Positions 59,458 through 64,000 of a stretch of 64,000 nt of DNA are shown here, piece by piece (position 1 is the first letter of the stretch; each line of letters starts with the position of its first letter). Below the pieces are notes generated by a model. That model had not been told where the DNA came from and made no database searches. It saw only the letters and a list, made by a program, of their open reading frames with translations. The stretch comes from an uncultured Planctomycetaceae bacterium (lineage in GTDB: Bacteria > Planctomycetota > Planctomycetia > Pirellulales > Pirellulaceae). The stretch covers positions 2,181,586 through 2,245,585 of the forward strand of contig CAWJMN010000002.1 of assembly GCA_963844055.1 (NCBI GenBank), read 5' to 3'. The position numbers were made by a program, and so were the translations under genes.

Positions 59458-61326
59458 ATGTCGTCTTCGCCAAAGCAGGCTCGTGTTGGAATTTTCGGAG
59501 GCGCAATCGCCCGCAAGCTTTTGCAAACGGCAGTGACCAGTGCTTTTGCCACCACCTTGCTGGCTGGAAGTGTCGTGGTGGGTTCGATGTGCGCTGCAAG
59601 CCATGCCGCCTTCGCCCAGGAGGAAGGTGCCGAAGCAAGCCCGGCCGCCCCCTTGATGAAGCTACTGAAAAGTGGACGCCTGCCCCCCGAGCGCCAAGCC
59701 ACCGTAGTCGAAATGATTTGCAAACGGGGAAATGGTGGCGACCTCGCCTACATCGCAGAGCAACTTGCCAAGCCAGATGGCTTTCCGGCCGAGCAACGCG
59801 CAAAGGTTGCCCAGTGGTTGGCCGAAGCGACGCAGACCCGCAAAGTGGTTCCAACGGGCAACGTGACTGCGATTGGCCAATTGATGGCCAGTGATGATCC
59901 GGCATTGCAACAAGCGGGGATCAAGCTGGCGGCACTGTGGAAGGTGAAGGGAGTGGCTTCGCAGCTCGATTCGCTGTTAGCAAAGCCAAAGCTGGGGGCC
60001 GCATTGCAGCGAGCCGCCATTGAAGGGCTTGTCGCTTTGGATGACGATGCGGCGCGGGCTACCCTGGAAAAGTTGGCCGGCAGCAGCAGTCCCTTGAAGC
60101 TGCGGATTTTGGCGGTCGCTGGTTGGGCGAAGCGTGATTCGGCGAAGGCGGCACCTGTTGCGGCAGATGTACTCGTCGCCTGCACCGGAAGCGACAACTT
60201 GGAACCCCTCCTGGATGCGTTCCTTGGCAGGAAGAGTGGCGCGGATGAACTGGCAACGGCGCTGGGGGGCAAGCAGCTTTCTGCCGATGTTGCCAAGTTG
60301 GCCTTGCGATACATGTACTCGATTGGGCGAAGTGATGCGGGCCTTTCGAATGTTTTGAGCCAAGCAGCAGGAATTGCTGCCGATCCACCGCTTCCGACGC
60401 AAGAAGAAGTGGCCAAGATTGCGGCCGAAGTGCAAGAGAAGGGAGATGCGGTTCGAGGCGAGAAAGTCTTTCGTTCGAAGAGCGTCAGCTGCTTCAAATG
60501 CCACGCCCTAAGCCAAGCAGGAGGCAACGTTGGCCCTGAACTGAGCGCGCTGGGCTCGATTTCGCCTGTGGATTATGTGGTGAACTCGATTTTGAATCCG
60601 AATCTGGCAATCAAAGAGCAGTTTGTTACCAAGACGATTGTGACCAGCGAAGGCAATGTGGTGACGGGCGTTGTCGTTGATCGTGATACAAGCCGACTGC
60701 GTATGAAGGATGCCAGCGGTAACATCCTGATCATCCCGGCCGAAGACATTGATACCGAGGTGGAAGGCAAGTCGCTGATGCCACAAGGGCTAACGAAGTT
60801 TTTGACCCACCAAGAAACGCTCGACTTGATGAAGTTTGTGTCGCTACTGGGAAAGCCGGGCCCTTACGCCATTCGCAAGGCCGAGACGATGCAGCGGTGG
60901 CGTGTCCTGCGCGAACCAGCGGCCGAAGTGCTAAGCGAAGTCCCCAATGTAGAAATCGTACGGGCCAAGATTCTGGAGCTTCCTGCCGATGGTTGGGATC
61001 CCGCCTATGCCCAGGTTGCCGGGGAGTTTCCTCTGGCAGAAGTTCGCCCCGCGGAGGGTCCATCCGTGGTGATCTTGCAAGGCGAAGTCGATGTGACCGA
61101 AGAAGGGGCTTTGAAGGTCGACATCAAGACCAAGGAGAAGTTCCAAGTCTGGTTTGATGCCGAGCCGTTTGGAGACTCCGCCCAGTTTGAAGTGGTGGCC
61201 ACCAAGGGACTGCACAAAGTGACGATCCGCGTGGAGCTAAGCGATCAGGCCGATCCTACACTGCGGCTAGAGCTGGTACGGCTGATTGGCTCTTCGGCGC
61301 AGTTTGTGGCAGTCGCTGGGAAGTAG
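59458..61326 (+). CDS. HEAT-repeat protein with C-terminal c-type cytochrome domain (PVC-type heme-binding CxxCH family)
   Basis: Signal peptide. HEAT/armadillo-like helices. CFKCHALSQAGGNVGPELS heme motif. Confidence 0.6.
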   Translation: MSSSPKQARVGIFGGAIARKLLQTAVTSAFATTLLAGSVVVGSMCAASHAAFAQEEGAEASPAAPLMKLLKSGRLPPERQATVVEMICKRGNGGDLAYIAEQLAKPDGFPAEQRAKVAQWLAEATQTRKVVPTGNVTAIGQLMASDDPALQQAGIKLAALWKVKGVASQLDSLLAKPKLGAALQRAAIEGLVALDDDAARATLEKLAGSSSPLKLRILAVAGWAKRDSAKAAPVAADVLVACTGSDNLEPLLDAFLGRKSGADELATALGGKQLSADVAKLALRYMYSIGRSDAGLSNVLSQAAGIAADPPLPTQEEVAKIAAEVQEKGDAVRGEKVFRSKSVSCFKCHALSQAGGNVGPELSALGSISPVDYVVNSILNPNLAIKEQFVTKTIVTSEGNVVTGVVVDRDTSRLRMKDASGNILIIPAEDIDTEVEGKSLMPQGLTKFLTHQETLDLMKFVSLLGKPGPYAIRKAETMQRWRVLREPAAEVLSEVPNVEIVRAKILELPADGWDPAYAQVAGEFPLAEVRPAEGPSVVILQGEVDVTEEGALKVDIKTKEKFQVWFDAEPFGDSAQFEVVATKGLHKVTIRVELSDQADPTLRLELVRLIGSSAQFVAVAGK

Positions 61327-61343
61327 TCGATAGCAGGCATGTT

Positions 61344-62435
61344 CTAGAGTGGAGCGATCCAGAGGAACGGCTTGTCGGCTTCGTCAATGCGAACTTCGTA
61401 TTTAAGACGAGCCGGAAAGAGGATACGGTCAAGGATCTTGCCGTAGAACATGCGAGCCTTGGGCAGATCGGCCTTCGTTTCTTTCAGGTCGATCTTTTTG
61501 CGGGCCAGGCCATTGTGGTCGATCAGCAGAGGGGCTTTTAGCTTGCCGGCGATGGCCGTTAGTGCCTCGGCCAGCGGCGTCGCCTTTAGTTCCACATTCA
61601 GATAGTTCATGATGGCCGGGAGTGCATCGCTAGGCCGATCTTTGGGGGGCCAGCCGACAGGCCATGCTTCGGGCACCTCTTTTGTCGTGCCGACGGTAAT
61701 GCGAAACTTGCCTCCTTGTCCCTTCTCAGGTGCAAAGACAAGTCCTGCCGGGCGCAGGATGGCGGCGAGGGCGGTCCCGCAGGAAACGCCTTGCAGTTCG
61801 TCACGCACTTCTCCTTCGCCGCGCAAGGCCTCTTCTACTTGGGGGCTCATTCGCAGGTCTAAATCGGGCGCTAGGTTTTTGGCAATCGCCTGCACCATGC
61901 GGACAGCGTCTTCACCCTTAGTGGTTTGCAGTAAGGGAGTGGCCAGTGCCGTATGGATTGCAACCAGGTCTTTGGGATAAAGGCCAAAGGCGCTGGGCTT
62001 CGCGGTTAGTTGTTCTTCACCCCCAGCTTTGAGCTTTTCGATCCATTTGCGAATCTTGGCGGAATCGGCCAGCGAGAATTTGCCCTGTGGCACAATCAGC
62101 TGGTTGTTGTCCGTTAGTAATCCGCGTACGGCATAGACGGTGCTTGCACCTTTGCCGCGGGCGACCACTTCGGGCCGGTCGCCAGGGCGTCCACTACGAA
62201 TACGGAGGTTGCCCACATCCATTTTGCCTAGCAGCTCCAGCCAGGCCCGTTGGCCATCGATGGGGAAGTCAGGCTCGGTGGCTAGTTCCATCTCCACGCG
62301 GGGCTGGGCCCAGGCCAAGGCGGCCAGCGAAAGCCAAACGCAGGTCGACAGGAACCCCCAGCGAACCATGGCGCTGATGCCGCTTTGTGGCGTTGCCATG
62401 GGAGAGAGGGCCTGAGGCTTGGTGAATGCTTGCAT
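61344..62435 (-). CDS. hypothetical secreted protein
   Basis: Signal-like MVRWGFLSTCVWLSLAALAWAQP (an internal Met could be the true start). No recognisable domain. Confidence 0.4.
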   Translation of the reverse strand: MQAFTKPQALSPMATPQSGISAMVRWGFLSTCVWLSLAALAWAQPRVEMELATEPDFPIDGQRAWLELLGKMDVGNLRIRSGRPGDRPEVVARGKGASTVYAVRGLLTDNNQLIVPQGKFSLADSAKIRKWIEKLKAGGEEQLTAKPSAFGLYPKDLVAIHTALATPLLQTTKGEDAVRMVQAIAKNLAPDLDLRMSPQVEEALRGEGEVRDELQGVSCGTALAAILRPAGLVFAPEKGQGGKFRITVGTTKEVPEAWPVGWPPKDRPSDALPAIMNYLNVELKATPLAEALTAIAGKLKAPLLIDHNGLARKKIDLKETKADLPKARMFYGKILDRILFPARLKYEVRIDEADKPFLWIAPL

Positions 62436-62784
62436 GAATTCCGACCTTGCTGAGCAACGATAGTAAAAGTGCCGCCTAGTGAGTTTTTCGGGCGACGCCT
62501 GCCAGCGGCATTATAGTCTTGAGCCTGCCATTCTGCGAAATGCCAGCTGTAGCGAATGTCGGGCTCGGTCCTGCAAATGGGGTTTTGGCGAATATTCCTT
62601 CAATCCGGGTGGCGACATGCGCCGATGGATTCCTTAGACCCAGTTAGTACAGCGACGATTCGCGCTAGTTTTGCGCGAGGATGCAGGTGCCAACTGGCAG
62701 GGGTATGTTGGCGATCCACGTCTTGTAGGGCCAGACCCAAATCAGGGCCGAGGCGTGGAAGAGTATAGGTTAGGGGGAACCAAA

Positions 62785-63111
62785 ATGTTTCGTCGCGCGT
62801 TGCTATTGTTGGCGGCCCTGGTCCTAGTGACCAGCGTTTCCGCTACGAGTGTGCAGGCTCAAGAACGAGCCTACAATCGAGTATGGGGCGGAGCCACTGG
62901 CCAGCAAGACTGGAACCGGTTCTATCACTACCCCTACGTTTATTATCCACAGAACTTCTACGGCAATGAGTATTACCGTAGCAGCCAAGACATGTACCAT
63001 CGCTATCCGCAAGAGATGCGGACGCCTGTCTACAATCGTCAATGGCACAACGAATATCCGCAGTCCCGGAAGTATCACTCCGGACACCATTTCATTTTGG
63101 ACGTGTTCTAA
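62785..63111 (+). CDS. small secreted Tyr/Gln/Asn-rich protein
   Basis: Signal MFRRALLLLAALVLVTSVSATSVQA. Mature ~83 aa rich in Tyr (YHYPYVYYPQNFYGNEYY). Confidence 0.45.
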   Translation: MFRRALLLLAALVLVTSVSATSVQAQERAYNRVWGGATGQQDWNRFYHYPYVYYPQNFYGNEYYRSSQDMYHRYPQEMRTPVYNRQWHNEYPQSRKYHSGHHFILDVF

Positions 63112-63154
63112 GCGTTCCTGATGATGGTATGGCGTAAAGCCACCGCAAACAAAG

Positions 63155-63215
63155 CAAGGCTTTGCTTCCCGATGGGTTGCAAAGCCTTGCTTGTTTTCTT
63201 GGCTAGGATGTGTCG
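63155..63215. terminator. candidate bidirectional intrinsic terminator
   Basis: ~14-bp stem AAGCAAGGCTTTGC ... GCAAAGCCTTGCTT followed by GTTTTCTTGG. It lies between convergent genes. Confidence 0.45.
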
Positions 63216-63279
63216 CCTGCTGATTCTGCCGCTATGAATTTCGAGATTCACCGCTGGAGCATATCTGGCTGAATCTTGC

Positions 63280-64000
63280 TTAGAACTTGTGACCGCGCTG
63301 CGGACCATCTTTGGTCAGCGTGAGAATTTCATAGCCGGTCTCTGTAATCATGACCGTATGCTCAAATTGGGCGCTTAGGCCGCCATCTCGCGTGCGAACG
63401 GTCCAGCCATCACGCTTGCTGAGCATGGTTTCGTGCGTGCCGGTGTTGATCATCGGCTCAATCGTGAAGCAGATGCCAGGCTCTAGCTTTTGACGACGTG
63501 ATTCAGGCGTAGGGTTGTGCGGAATGGAGGGGGGCTGATGGAAGACCCGACCCAGGCCGTGGCCAACGTATTCTTGGACGACGCCAAACTTCTCGCGCTC
63601 GGCGATGTCCAAAATCGCATCGCCGATATCCGAAATACGCATGTTGGGTTTCAAAACGCTGATACCCGCCCACAAGCAATCAAATGAGCACTGCGTGACA
63701 CGGCGTGCCAGATCGGAAACTTCACCGATCAAGAAACGTTTCAGACTGATCGCCGTACCAGCCATCCACAATGGAGGTGATGTCGACGTTGCAGATGTCC
63801 CCATCCTTGAGGGCGACGGGAGCAGGAATGCCGTGGCAGATCACATCGTTGATGCTGGTGCAGCAGCTCTTTGGATAGGGGCAAATGTGTCCGGGGTAGC
63901 CCAGCGTCGCCGGCTTGTGGCCGTGGTCCAAGGTGTACGTATGCACGAACTTGTCAATCGCTTCGGTCGTGATGCCCGGCTTAACGATCTTTCGAATCTC
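63280..64000 (-). CDS. map: methionine aminopeptidase type I, 5'-partial (N-terminus beyond window end); apparent frameshift near 63750-63800
   Basis: ORF 63722..63946 ([34 protein letters not shown]...[19 protein letters not shown]) and ORF 63280..63804 (...[20 protein letters not shown]...[10 protein letters not shown]...[17 protein letters not shown]) are colinear with Map. Confidence 0.75.

Overview
This is a GC-rich window with a Planctomycetota-like gene repertoire (Pirellulales-type). It carries a PSCyt/DUF1553 + DUF1501 pair with an IclR regulator, a DUF1559 H-X9-DG prepilin-like protein, a Ser/Thr kinase fused to a formylglycine-generating-enzyme domain, an SHD1-domain protein, and a membrane-bound-dehydrogenase/HEAT/cytochrome-c pair. 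Housekeeping and metabolic genes are interspersed: sulfite/nitrite reductase hemoprotein, SufS, RsmD, Map, DsbD, two cyclophilins, pterin-4a-carbinolamine dehydratase, an aquaporin, TonB plus a TonB-dependent receptor, and several alpha/beta hydrolases. Two regions look accessory. (i) At 12.9-22.3 kb, an ankyrin + SUFU-like (immunity-type) gene and a decayed second SUFU C-terminal fragment flank three paralogous ~460-aa membrane-anchored proteins that share conserved upstream and downstream nucleotide motifs. (ii) At about 43.3-47.1 kb, a markedly AT-richer islet holds five small same-strand ORFs punctuated by a conserved ~70-80 nt hairpin-rich element (5 copies). It also contains a 32-bp inverted-repeat pair and a ~245-bp tandem duplication. 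This resembles an integron-like cassette array without an integrase (CALIN-like) or a new mobile repeat family. At least nine genes carry apparent single-nucleotide frameshifts, including the conserved sufS, rsmD, map and cyclophilin genes. This most likely reflects assembly indel errors, so pseudogene calls need read-level confirmation. No rRNA, tRNA or CRISPR was detected.
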